Assembly: GCA_947626735.1 (NCBI GenBank)
Contig: CANQTK010000005.1
Location: 178-64,177, forward strand
DNA: 64,000 nt
Origin: an uncultured Clostridia bacterium
Lineage (GTDB): Bacteria > Bacillota > Clostridia > TANB77 > CAG-508
Direction of reading: 5' to 3'
This document shows positions 1-8,416 of this stretch, piece by piece. The translations under genes and the position numbers were made by a program. Within the stretch, counting starts at the first letter, position 1. Each line of letters starts with the position of its first letter. The notes beneath the pieces were generated by a model that searched no databases, had not been told where the DNA came from, and was given only the letters and a program-made list of their open reading frames with translations.

Positions 1-98
1 CGTTCTACCATTGATTGTACTTGTTCTTCCGTTACGAAACCCAATCTATCAGTACATTTTCTTACAGTTTGCTCTATTTTTTGTCTATCTTCTTCCAT
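1..98 (-). CDS. hypothetical protein, N-terminal fragment (gene runs off the left edge)
   Basis: ATG at 98-96 preceded by an AAGGTG-like RBS that overlaps the stop of the upstream ORF. Reads MEEDRQKIEQTVRKCTDRLGFVTEEQVQSMVE. No family recognised. Confidence 0.3.
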   Translation of the reverse strand, partial: MEEDRQKIEQTVRKCTDRLGFVTEEQVQSMVE

Positions 99-111
99 TC
101 ACACTCACACC

Positions 112-573
112 TTATCTTAAATGTAAAAAGTTCAATATTTTATCTACTATCCTTTTAAATATTGGCTCTTTATATTCTATCATTTGCATATTTTCTTTTG
201 CCTTAATATTTTCATCTATTAGAGCTTTCTCTTTCTTTTTGAATATATCATTTGGGTTATACTTTTCATATAATGCTTCTTGATATTTTTCTTCGTTTTT
301 ATCATAAATCATTTGTAATCTCTTTTTTTCTTCTTCATCTTTACACCAATATTGTAAATTAAGTAGTGCAATTATAGCTAAAGTTTCCTCTTTTAAATGT
401 TGGTCTTTTATCGGAATATATTTATCTATATTTTTAAAATACTCTTGATCTTTTTCTTCTTTAAAAAACTCTCTTAATTTTGGTGGAATTTCATTTCTTT
501 GTTCTTCACTTAATAATCCTAAAAACTCATCTATTTCCGAATATGCTTGTCTTGTTTTTATTGATATGCCCAT
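112..573 (-). CDS. hypothetical K/E-rich helical protein; paralog of 37474..37923
   Basis: 153-aa ORF. Shares an IPxxLxxFFK...Y...I....Q.L.EET..I..L....YW..EEEK pattern with the 149-aa ORF at 37474. Confidence 0.6.
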   Translation of the reverse strand: MGISIKTRQAYSEIDEFLGLLSEEQRNEIPPKLREFFKEEKDQEYFKNIDKYIPIKDQHLKEETLAIIALLNLQYWCKDEEEKKRLQMIYDKNEEKYQEALYEKYNPNDIFKKKEKALIDENIKAKENMQMIEYKEPIFKRIVDKILNFLHLR

Positions 574-929
574 AGTTTTTGCACCTCTTTAAACATTTGT
601 ATCTTACGCTATTTTCTTCTTGAAATATCATATTAATACACCAACTTCTTTTGCTTTTACATTTTATATTATAATGTTTATACTTATTTGATAGCGTATA
701 TATTAATAATTGATTATATCATATCATATTTGAATTTTTTTTACAATGTTTTTGCACCATTGCAAAATATTATACTTGTTGGAAAAAATAATGTATTTTA
801 ATTTACAATTTTATTTCATTACTTTCTGGAACAACTTGTCCTCTTTGTTTGCCACTCTTAAATTAAGTAACCTCTCATAAAGGAAAAGTAGGTAACACCT
901 ACTTTTTCCTTGTTTACTTAAAACATTAT

Positions 930-1274
930 TTACCAATAAATTTGTGTTTCACAGCCATATACATCAAAATCAAAAATCTCAATCATAAATCCATTGTTTT
1001 TTAATTTATTTATCGTTTCTTCTGCAAAACGATAATACTTTGTATAAGCTGTGTATCCGTTTAGGTGGAAGATTTTTGCTCTGCAATTTATAATTGCTAA
1101 AAGATATAAATATTCAATCCAAATAAAGAATTTGTTTCTTTCTTTACTTTTTAAAATTGCTTTATTGAGCTTTTCTTCTTTCCGATTTTCTTCTTTTGAC
1201 CATTGGTTCCTAATGTCTTTTGCTAAAACCATCATGTTTTTACCTCCTTTTGCTTTTTCAAAGTAAACATTCAA
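930..1274 (-). CDS. hypothetical protein
   Basis: 114-aa ORF with no recognisable domain. Contains one of the five non-shifting in-frame CGG codons (1182-1184). Confidence 0.4.
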   Translation of the reverse strand: MNVYFEKAKGGKNMMVLAKDIRNQWSKEENRKEEKLNKAILKSKERNKFFIWIEYLYLLAIINCRAKIFHLNGYTAYTKYYRFAEETINKLKNNGFMIEIFDFDVYGCETQIYW

Positions 1275-1339
1275 CTAATTGATACATTCTACATTATATA
1301 TCATTTACATAATTTTTTTCAAGTCTTTTTTTTAAATAT

Positions 1340-1620
1340 TTTTTAACTTAACATCCGACCATCTATATGCCACATATGGAGTCAGTAGTTACATTTACAT
1401 TTGGCTTCTTACGCATTTATATTCTCACTTTTCTTTATGAAAATATGGGATCTACTTATTAGACCCCATATTTACTATTATTAACATTTGTCCACCTACG
1501 CATTTATTTGTCGGAGGTAGGGCTCCGAGTTACATTTGTGCACTTGTGCATTTGTATCCCGCAAAACAAGGTTGCGGCTAACATTTGATTTGGACAAGAT
1601 ACATTTAAAGTATCTATATT
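1340..1620. other. noncoding block with about nine (A/G)CATTT motifs interleaved with GC-rich mini-hairpins
   Basis: ACATTT/GCATTT at about 1391, 1397, 1413, 1484, 1500, 1532, 1547, 1581 and 1601. Hairpins TCGGAGgtagggCTCCGA, CCGCAAaacaaggTTGCGG and ATATGGG..CCCATAT. Locally GC-rich in an AT-rich genome. Confidence 0.3.
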
Positions 1621-1676
1621 ATTATATTCACTATACTCTTTTTTATTAACAAAAGTCAAGACATTTTTTGTTTTCC

Positions 1677-1946
1677 TTAATACTTGCAGTATTGGGTTAC
1701 TTGTAGTTCATTTCTTGTTTCATTTAAACAATGTTGTCCAAAATCTAAATATCGTAAATCTAGCTCAGATTGAACATTAGGAAAGTCAAATGATGGAGTA
1801 GAGTAAAATCTCATATCAATATTACTTTCCTTAATTTTTACTCTTGTAGTAGATTTGCTTTTTTTTCTTTGCAAAATATACCCAACTCGATAAATAGCAA
1901 ATGCTACTCCCATAGAAAGAATAATACTGGCTAATGTGCTACTCAT
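1677..1946 (-). CDS. hypothetical small membrane protein
   Basis: 89-aa ORF with an N-terminal hydrophobic helix (STLASIILSMGVAFAIY). GGAGG RBS upstream. Confidence 0.4.
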   Translation of the reverse strand: MSSTLASIILSMGVAFAIYRVGYILQRKKSKSTTRVKIKESNIDMRFYSTPSFDFPNVQSELDLRYLDFGQHCLNETRNELQVTQYCKY

Positions 1947-2208
1947 AGTAAGTTCCTCCCTTCCAATATTTATTGGGTTGTTTGCTTGTTCTATATGTCA
2001 ACTCCATAAGAGATTATATGATAAGAATTGTTTATATTATATCATACCATATTGTTAAAATAAAGTACTTCATGAACATTTGCACACAAAATATTTAACC
2101 TTAATTAACCACCAATCCTAACTTTACAACTAGATTTTTCTTGTTCAAAAGAACCTTTTTAATTTCAATATTTTTTGGAACAACTTGTCTTTTTTTTACG
2201 ATTCTTTA

Positions 2209-3102
2209 CTAAACATTTAATGCTCCTGACATAATTCTATATTTAGTTTCATGATTCCATATACTTTGTAACTCATCAAAATGATTATCAGGGTTTACTA
2301 ATAATATAGCTAATTCATCTAATTCTTTATACTCTTCTTCTGTTAATTCAAATTTTTTATCTTGTATATATTTTGGTAAATGTAAAAATATAATTTCATC
2401 ATTCATTAAAACATGAAAATCATAGAATAATCCTCTTAAAGATGCTTTTAATCCTAATGTAGGGGGATTAGAAGAGTAATATATTTCTTCTGCTTTATAC
2501 TTATTATTTCTCATACCTAAATAAGCTTCTGCCCCAAAAATAAATTTATCCCTTGGTATATCATTTAAGTCAAATCCCATTCTATGATTTGGACAATGTT
2601 CATCTGCATCAACTAATATCCATCTGTTTTTTATTTCATCAAAGTATTCTGTAATCCAATGATCATAATTTACTCCATCATATTCAATATACGGTGCAAA
2701 TCCACTCCTTACTCTTGCTGAATATCCTTTTGCTTTTAAAGTAGCAGCCAATAAAATTGCTTCTCCCCTACAAGTAATATGGATTTTATCTTCTGCCTTT
2801 CTATTTTTGTAATATTTGTTATCTTTTCTTAATAATTCACTAATCATACTAATAGCCGTTGGAAATAAATCGTCTTCATAGTCTAGTCTTGTAATTGGCA
2901 CTTTTGTCATATCTCCCCAAAAACAGTTTTCTTGTTTCCTAATATTTACATTATCAAATGCAAAAGGATGAATAATTTGCTTTCTTTGTAATAAACATAG
3001 TTCATTAATATCATCCGTTAAATTTTTCATAAAGTCTTTATATAAGCCTAAATCTGTATATAAACTAGTTTGTTTATAAAAATCTAATATTTTCTTTTCC
3101 AT
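2209..3102 (-). CDS. transglutaminase-like domain protein
   Basis: 297 aa. Cys...His...Asp arrangement (HITCRGEAILLA ... DHWITEYF ... WILVDAD) typical of the transglutaminase-like cysteine protease core. Confidence 0.6.
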   Translation of the reverse strand: MEKKILDFYKQTSLYTDLGLYKDFMKNLTDDINELCLLQRKQIIHPFAFDNVNIRKQENCFWGDMTKVPITRLDYEDDLFPTAISMISELLRKDNKYYKNRKAEDKIHITCRGEAILLAATLKAKGYSARVRSGFAPYIEYDGVNYDHWITEYFDEIKNRWILVDADEHCPNHRMGFDLNDIPRDKFIFGAEAYLGMRNNKYKAEEIYYSSNPPTLGLKASLRGLFYDFHVLMNDEIIFLHLPKYIQDKKFELTEEEYKELDELAILLVNPDNHFDELQSIWNHETKYRIMSGALNV

Positions 3103-3103
3103 A

Positions 3104-3664
3104 TTAATACCACTCCATAATATCTTTTAATTTTTTTCTTAATCTTTGTCTCGGACTTTCATCTGAATATCCTATTGAAATTGCACAAATCAACTCCATT
3201 TCATCTTTCTTTACTAAATGTGCAATTTTATCTTGTGTGTATACAATGTCTCTTATCCATAAAGAACCTAATCCAAGGTCTGTAGCTTTTAAGCAAATAT
3301 GTTCTATTGCCGCACCTATTGATAATGAATCTCCTATTATCCAATTCCTATCTTTTGGTCTAAAAACTAGAATTAAAATTGGTGCTTGTTTGATAATAAG
3401 TGCTGTTTCTTTAACACTACTTTTTGTATTATCTAGTTGTTTTTCCATATCTATTTTGAATTGTTTCTCTTGTTCTAGCATAATATCTGCAATTTCATTT
3501 TTAACCTTGTTTTTGACAATTACAAATTTCCAAGGTTGTCTATTTTTCGCAGATGGTGCAAACCTTGCACAATTTATCAATTCTTCTATTGTTTCATTTG
3601 TTATATCAATATTTTTATATTTTCTAATACTTTTTCTATTTTTTATAACGGTATCTAATTCCAT
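3104..3664 (-). CDS. nitroreductase family protein
   Basis: 186 aa. RKSIRKY ... ARFAPSAKNRQPWKFVIV signature of FMN nitroreductases. Confidence 0.85.
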   Translation of the reverse strand: MELDTVIKNRKSIRKYKNIDITNETIEELINCARFAPSAKNRQPWKFVIVKNKVKNEIADIMLEQEKQFKIDMEKQLDNTKSSVKETALIIKQAPILILVFRPKDRNWIIGDSLSIGAAIEHICLKATDLGLGSLWIRDIVYTQDKIAHLVKKDEMELICAISIGYSDESPRQRLRKKLKDIMEWY

Positions 3665-3787
3665 ATTTTTTATCCTCCAATATTATTCTCTTACTTCTCT
3701 TCTACTCTATCCATTATAATTCTCCTAAACTTATTTGCTATTAAAATCATATCTAAAATGTAACAAAAAAGATAAGCAAAATAGAAA

Positions 3788-4594
3788 TCAATTTTGCTTA
3801 TCTTTTATAGGAATATATATATAGCAGTTATTATTTTCATAAAGTTCAATTTCAGGTTTATCTAATATTTCATAATTTGTTGACTTTATCCATTGATTGT
3901 ATACAAAATTATAAACATTTACAATATCTTTTTGTTTTTCATTTCCAACTTCAAAAATTGCATATTTACCTTTATCTATTGTGATTGTTTCCGTATTATC
4001 AATTTTCAATTCACTACCCACATAATATTTATATCCATTATCTTCGCAAATAGATATACCATACATTCCAACTTTAATAAATTTATCACGGATACCATTA
4101 CTTTCTATCTTGTTATATAATTCTCTTATTTTAAATAATAAATCTTCATGTATTGTGGCACTTATTCCAAAACAATATAATTTTTTTTCTTGTATTTCTT
4201 TTACTTCATAATTGAATTCTTCATACATATCATTCTCATTATGAAATTCAATAATAGGAAATACCTTATAGGTTTTTAAACTATTTCTACATTCAGTTGG
4301 TGTCATATTAAAATATTTTTTAAAAGCTCTTGAAAATGACATAGATGAATCATAGTTATATTTGATTGCCAAATCAATTATTTTAATATCTGTTGTCTTT
4401 AATTCTTCAAAAGCTCTACTTAATCTTCTTTTTCTGATATATTCTGATAGAGACATATTAGTTAAAAAAGTAAAAATTCGTTGCAAATTATATTCCGATA
4501 TGCCAACTATTTTTGCTAGTTCTTTATATTCAATATTTTCAGTTAAATGTTCTTCTATATATTTTATCATCTGATTTAAATGTTCAAAGTTCAT
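3788..4594 (-). CDS. AraC family transcriptional regulator with GyrI-like effector domain
   Basis: 268 aa. N-terminal AraC HTH (SEYIRKRRLSRAFEEL ... YDSSMSFSRAFKKYFNMTPTE) and a C-terminal small-molecule-binding-like domain. Confidence 0.85.
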   Translation of the reverse strand: MNFEHLNQMIKYIEEHLTENIEYKELAKIVGISEYNLQRIFTFLTNMSLSEYIRKRRLSRAFEELKTTDIKIIDLAIKYNYDSSMSFSRAFKKYFNMTPTECRNSLKTYKVFPIIEFHNENDMYEEFNYEVKEIQEKKLYCFGISATIHEDLLFKIRELYNKIESNGIRDKFIKVGMYGISICEDNGYKYYVGSELKIDNTETITIDKGKYAIFEVGNEKQKDIVNVYNFVYNQWIKSTNYEILDKPEIELYENNNCYIYIPIKDKQN

Positions 4595-4666
4595 AATAAT
4601 TACTCCCTATTTTTGGCATACCTTTATTTGTTCTATTATGTTTTCCCACAATTCCAATTTATTGAT

Positions 4667-5060
4667 TTACTCATTTATCTTTAACTCCCTTAATGCATAA
4701 CTATAACGCTCATTTAAACCATATCGTATTAGTTTAAAGTTATGTTTTTCATATATGTTATTTAATTTTTCATTTGATTTTAGACAATCTAATCTCAAAT
4801 ATTTCTTACCATTTAATTTTGCCATTCTTTTGCAGTTTTCAAAAATAATTTTTCCTATATTTTTATAACCAACCTTTGTCACTACTTTGTATATATATAT
4901 AATAAGCTGGAGTAATATCATCTTTCCAGTCTTTACTATTAGTAGATAATTCAAAACCTGCTATGATTTCATTTTCTTTAAACCATTGCGTTCTTTCAGA
5001 ATATAAATTTAGTATTGTATCTAAATCTTCTATATTAGCTAATTCACATGTATAATTCAT
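4667..5060 (-). pseudogene. GNAT family N-acetyltransferase, frame broken inside a (TA)n run
   Basis: Two overlapping ORFs (4863..5060 and 4667..4954) join into one GNAT-like protein (..GYKNIGKIIFENCKRMAK..LRLDC). The frame switch lies in gtatatatatataat at about 4890-4903. Confidence 0.65.
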
Positions 5061-5153
5061 AGTTTCTCCTATGATAAAAGATTGAGGTTATTAGCATTAT
5101 AGCATATCCTTTTTGATATAACAAACTTTTTAGTCAATTTCATGTAAAAGTTT

Positions 5154-5720
5154 CTAATATCGACTTAAATTTCTCCTTACTTCCATTAGTTCTTTTACCC
5201 CTTGGCTTTGTTCTTGTATAATGGTTTCTGCCACACTTCTTAACCTGCTATCTATTCGGTATTGCAATAGATTTTCACACATAGAAATAGCTCCCTCGTG
5301 GTGTGGAATCATCTCGCCGACAAAACTTAAATTAATATTACAATATCTAGGACTATGCTCCATTTTTTCAATCATATTGTGCGTAATTTTTAAGTATTTT
5401 TCCATATAGCTTCTAACATCTGCCATTGAATTATAAACCCTAGGGGTAGTTCTTGCAATTTCCTCCATTTGTTCAATTCCTCTTGTTTGCATTGCAATAA
5501 TACCTTTGGCTATTTTTTGAAGTGGTGGATAAGTAGTATATTGTAATAAGTTTTCACTCATATAGATTGCTGCCTGATGATGTGGAATCATACAATGAAT
5601 AAAATCTAATGTAATATTATTGGTAATATTGGCATTTAGCATTTTCTCTGCCATTTGGCATAAAATCCTATCAAACTCGTTTAAATATTGATTTGCTCTT
5701 CTTATTTTTTGATATTGCAT
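5154..5720 (-). CDS. DUF305 family protein
   Basis: Duplicated MIPHHQAAI / MIPHHEGAISM motifs. Start taken at MQYQKIRR rather than the ORF-track start. Confidence 0.8.
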   Translation of the reverse strand: MQYQKIRRANQYLNEFDRILCQMAEKMLNANITNNITLDFIHCMIPHHQAAIYMSENLLQYTTYPPLQKIAKGIIAMQTRGIEQMEEIARTTPRVYNSMADVRSYMEKYLKITHNMIEKMEHSPRYCNINLSFVGEMIPHHEGAISMCENLLQYRIDSRLRSVAETIIQEQSQGVKELMEVRRNLSRY

Positions 5721-5832
5721 TTTAAAACACTCTCCTTTGTATATGGTATGAAGCAAAAGAGAAATATGTTATTTTCAAAATTTGGTATATCTTTCTTGCT
5801 TTTGGAAATAATTTATTTAGGTGGTGATAGAG

Positions 5833-6006
5833 ATGACAAGTAAAGAGCTTTTATACATTGAAGATGCATTAGGACATGAAAATTTTATGAAATCATGTGC
5901 AAAGAAAACATCTGGAAAATTAACAGACCCTACTCTTTCTACTTATATGGCAGAGTTAGAGCAAAAACATGCTGCATTAGCTAGCAAATTTTTAAATCTA
6001 TTATAG
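5833..6006 (+). CDS. small spore-coat-associated protein (partner of the CotF-like gene)
   Basis: ATG at 5833 after an AGGTGGTGA RBS. MTSKELLYIEDALGHE... Immediately precedes the CotF-like ORF. Confidence 0.45.
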   Translation: MTSKELLYIEDALGHENFMKSCAKKTSGKLTDPTLSTYMAELEQKHAALASKFLNLL

Positions 6007-6015
6007 GAGGTACTT

Positions 6016-6264
6016 ATGGAAGATAAGGATTTAATGGAAAGTGAACTTTTAGTAATAAAAGGTGTTTGTGATTTATACCTTCATGGAACAATTGAATCTA
6101 CTACAGCAGAAGTTCACATGGCATTTAAAGATGCGTTAAATGAATCATTAGATATTCAAAACAAAATTTATAATTTAATGAAAGAAAAAGGTTGGTATCA
6201 AACCGATAACGCAGAACAAACTAAAATTGATACTGTTAAGCAAAAATTTGCTTCTCAAAACTAA
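6016..6264 (+). CDS. spore coat protein, CotF family
   Basis: 82 aa. Pattern SELLVIKGVCDLYLHGTIESTTAEVHMAFKDALNESLDIQNKIY typical of the Coat F domain. GGAGG RBS. Confidence 0.7.
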   Translation: MEDKDLMESELLVIKGVCDLYLHGTIESTTAEVHMAFKDALNESLDIQNKIYNLMKEKGWYQTDNAEQTKIDTVKQKFASQN

Positions 6265-6271
6265 AAATTAA

Positions 6272-6305
6272 GAGGATGGATTTTTTTCCTTCCTCATTTT
6301 TTTAT
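6272..6305 (+). terminator. intrinsic terminator of the cotF-like operon
   Basis: GAGGAtGGA-ttttttt-TCCtTCCTC hairpin followed by a T-run. Confidence 0.6.
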
Positions 6306-6342
6306 TTTATTATAAACTTTAATTTTTAATTCAAAAAATAAG

Positions 6343-6396
6343 AAGGGGTGTCCCCAGCGTTCCAAAATGGAACGAAAAGGGGCGTCCCTTCTGTTC
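6343..6396. repeat. 54-nt GC-rich palindromic element, copy 1
   Basis: aaggggtgtccccagcgttccaaaatggaacgaaaaggggcgtcccttctgttc. About 49/54 identical to 45503..45556. Lies 5 nt 3' of the minus-strand stop at 6401. Nested hairpin (CGTTCCA/TGGAACG inside AAGGGGTGTCCC/GGGGCGTCCCTT). Confidence 0.8.
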
Positions 6397-6400
6397 TATT

Positions 6401-8404
6401 CTATTCTTGTTCTTCTTTCTTTTCACTATCTGGTAAAATTACTTGTTCTTTTGCTATATCTTCTTTTTTCAAACTATCTATCATCATAATGAATTTTACA
6501 TTGCCTTCTGCATTTTCTTCTGCCATAGTGAATGTTTTATATTCATTTGCTAATTGTTGCATTTTTTCTACTCTTACTTGTAAGTCTTTTACCTGTCCGT
6601 TGATAGTATTGTAAAGTACTTGAATTCCATCTTTATTGAATTGTGTAATTCCGTCTGTTAATGTTTCAGTTCCATCGTTAATTGTTCCTGCACCTTCTGT
6701 TAAACTTTTGCTTGCATCTTTTAACTCACTGCTTCCACTATTTAAAGTATTGATACCAGCTTTGATTTGTGCAGAACCACTGCTTAATTGATTTGTTCCT
6801 TCTTTTAATGTTTGTGTTCCTGCATATAAGTCTTTACTTCCTGTTGCTAAATCTTTTGATGCATCAGCTAATTGGCTAGTTCCAACTTGTAATTTTCCTA
6901 AACCGGCATTTAAGTCTGTTGTTCCAGCTTGTAAAGTACCTAATCCATCTTTTAAAGAAGTAAGACCATCTTCTAATTCTTTCATTTGTGTTAAATCTGT
7001 TGCTTCTAATGTTGCAATCGTTTGCTCAATTGCTCCATTATTTGTTTCTAATAAAGTAATGATAGAAGAATTGGCTGTAATTTGTGTTTGAATATTTGCT
7101 TTTTGTGTTTTAATTTCATCTGTTTCTGGAAGTAGTTTTAATTGATCTAATGTTGCTTGTAAGCTTGTGTTTCCGTTATTTAAGTTTTTTATTGTTCCAT
7201 TATTAGTTGTTAATAATTGTTGTAATTCTGTTATTTTAGCCTTATTATCTACTGCTGTAACTTGTGATACACTACCAATAATTTTGTCTAATCCTGCGGT
7301 TAAATCTTTCTCTCCTGTTGCTAAATCTACTCCACCTTGAGCCAATTTTTTTACACTTTCATTTACTGTTTGTAAAGAGTCACTAATTGCTGTTGCTCCT
7401 GCATTTAAGTCTTTAGCTCCACTATTTAATTTTCCAGAGCTTTTATCTAAATTATTAATTCCATCATCTAAGTCTTTATAACTTTTATTTAATGTACTAG
7501 CACCACCTGCAATTTGTCCTACAGCATTGTTGAATTCTTGTGATTTTTCGTAATAAGTATTCGTTCCTTCTTTTAAGGTATTTGCTCCTTCTTCTATTTG
7601 ATTCATAGAAGAAGAAAGTGTGTTCATTTTAGCATATAAGCCATCTAATTTATCAAATATATCTAAGTCCTTTTCTTCAAATACCTTTGGAGTAGCAAAG
7701 ATGTAAATTGCATTGCTTTCAAAGTCTTTTGCTTCCATTGAAATTTCTACTGATTCTGGAATTTCAAATTGGCTTTCTGATATAGCTAAATTTTCTTGCA
7801 TTCCTGGCATAGCAATTCCTGCTACCATTGTTTTGGTTCCATCATCCATTGTTTTTCCATTTGTAACTGTGATGTTTTTATTGTTTTCATTATCGATAAT
7901 AGTTCCTATTGCTACTACAAAAGGTACATACATGGTTTGTCTTCTTCCATTGATAGTAACTTCTCTTTCTTCATGATTGGTAAAATGAAGTGTTATTTTT
8001 ACATTTCCACTTTTTCCTACGATTTCTTCTTTTGAAACTTCTTCTCCGTCTAATTCATAAATAACTTGACATTCAATTGGTAATTGTTTTTCTGTTTTTC
8101 CTTCATAATAGATGTCTTCTCCTTCTGCTTTCCAAGTTAATGTATTATTTTCTTGTTTTAATTCTTGATCTCCACTTACATTTTCAATATTCATTAAATC
8201 TGATAAGTCTTGTAAAACACTTTCTTTTTCAGTATTTTTTAAGTGGTCACTTACTATTGTTTGATATGCCTTTCCATTTGCATCTAATTTAGAATATACA
8301 CTTTCCTCTTTTGTATAAGCTAAAACTGGTAAAGTATAGGTAAACATTGTTCCTAATAATATGGTTGAAACTACTTTTTTAAATTTTGTATCCATAATAT
8401 TCAT
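6401..8404 (-). CDS. YhgE/Pip domain protein (large extracellular coiled repeat region)
   Basis: 667 aa. N-terminal TM helix, then many L..G...L..G heptad-like repeats (LNAGATAISDSL, LTAGLDKIIG, LNAGLGKLQVG) as in YhgE/Pip phage-infection-protein-like proteins. Operonic with the MMPL gene. Confidence 0.75.
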   Translation of the reverse strand: MNIMDTKFKKVVSTILLGTMFTYTLPVLAYTKEESVYSKLDANGKAYQTIVSDHLKNTEKESVLQDLSDLMNIENVSGDQELKQENNTLTWKAEGEDIYYEGKTEKQLPIECQVIYELDGEEVSKEEIVGKSGNVKITLHFTNHEEREVTINGRRQTMYVPFVVAIGTIIDNENNKNITVTNGKTMDDGTKTMVAGIAMPGMQENLAISESQFEIPESVEISMEAKDFESNAIYIFATPKVFEEKDLDIFDKLDGLYAKMNTLSSSMNQIEEGANTLKEGTNTYYEKSQEFNNAVGQIAGGASTLNKSYKDLDDGINNLDKSSGKLNSGAKDLNAGATAISDSLQTVNESVKKLAQGGVDLATGEKDLTAGLDKIIGSVSQVTAVDNKAKITELQQLLTTNNGTIKNLNNGNTSLQATLDQLKLLPETDEIKTQKANIQTQITANSSIITLLETNNGAIEQTIATLEATDLTQMKELEDGLTSLKDGLGTLQAGTTDLNAGLGKLQVGTSQLADASKDLATGSKDLYAGTQTLKEGTNQLSSGSAQIKAGINTLNSGSSELKDASKSLTEGAGTINDGTETLTDGITQFNKDGIQVLYNTINGQVKDLQVRVEKMQQLANEYKTFTMAEENAEGNVKFIMMIDSLKKEDIAKEQVILPDSEKKEEQE

Positions 8405-8416
8405 ATCCTTTCTCTT

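Noticed and set aside
3237-3719. 160-aa plus-strand ORF
   Set aside because: It is antisense to the nitroreductase gene and has a low-complexity hydrophobic translation typical of the reverse frame of an AT-rich gene.
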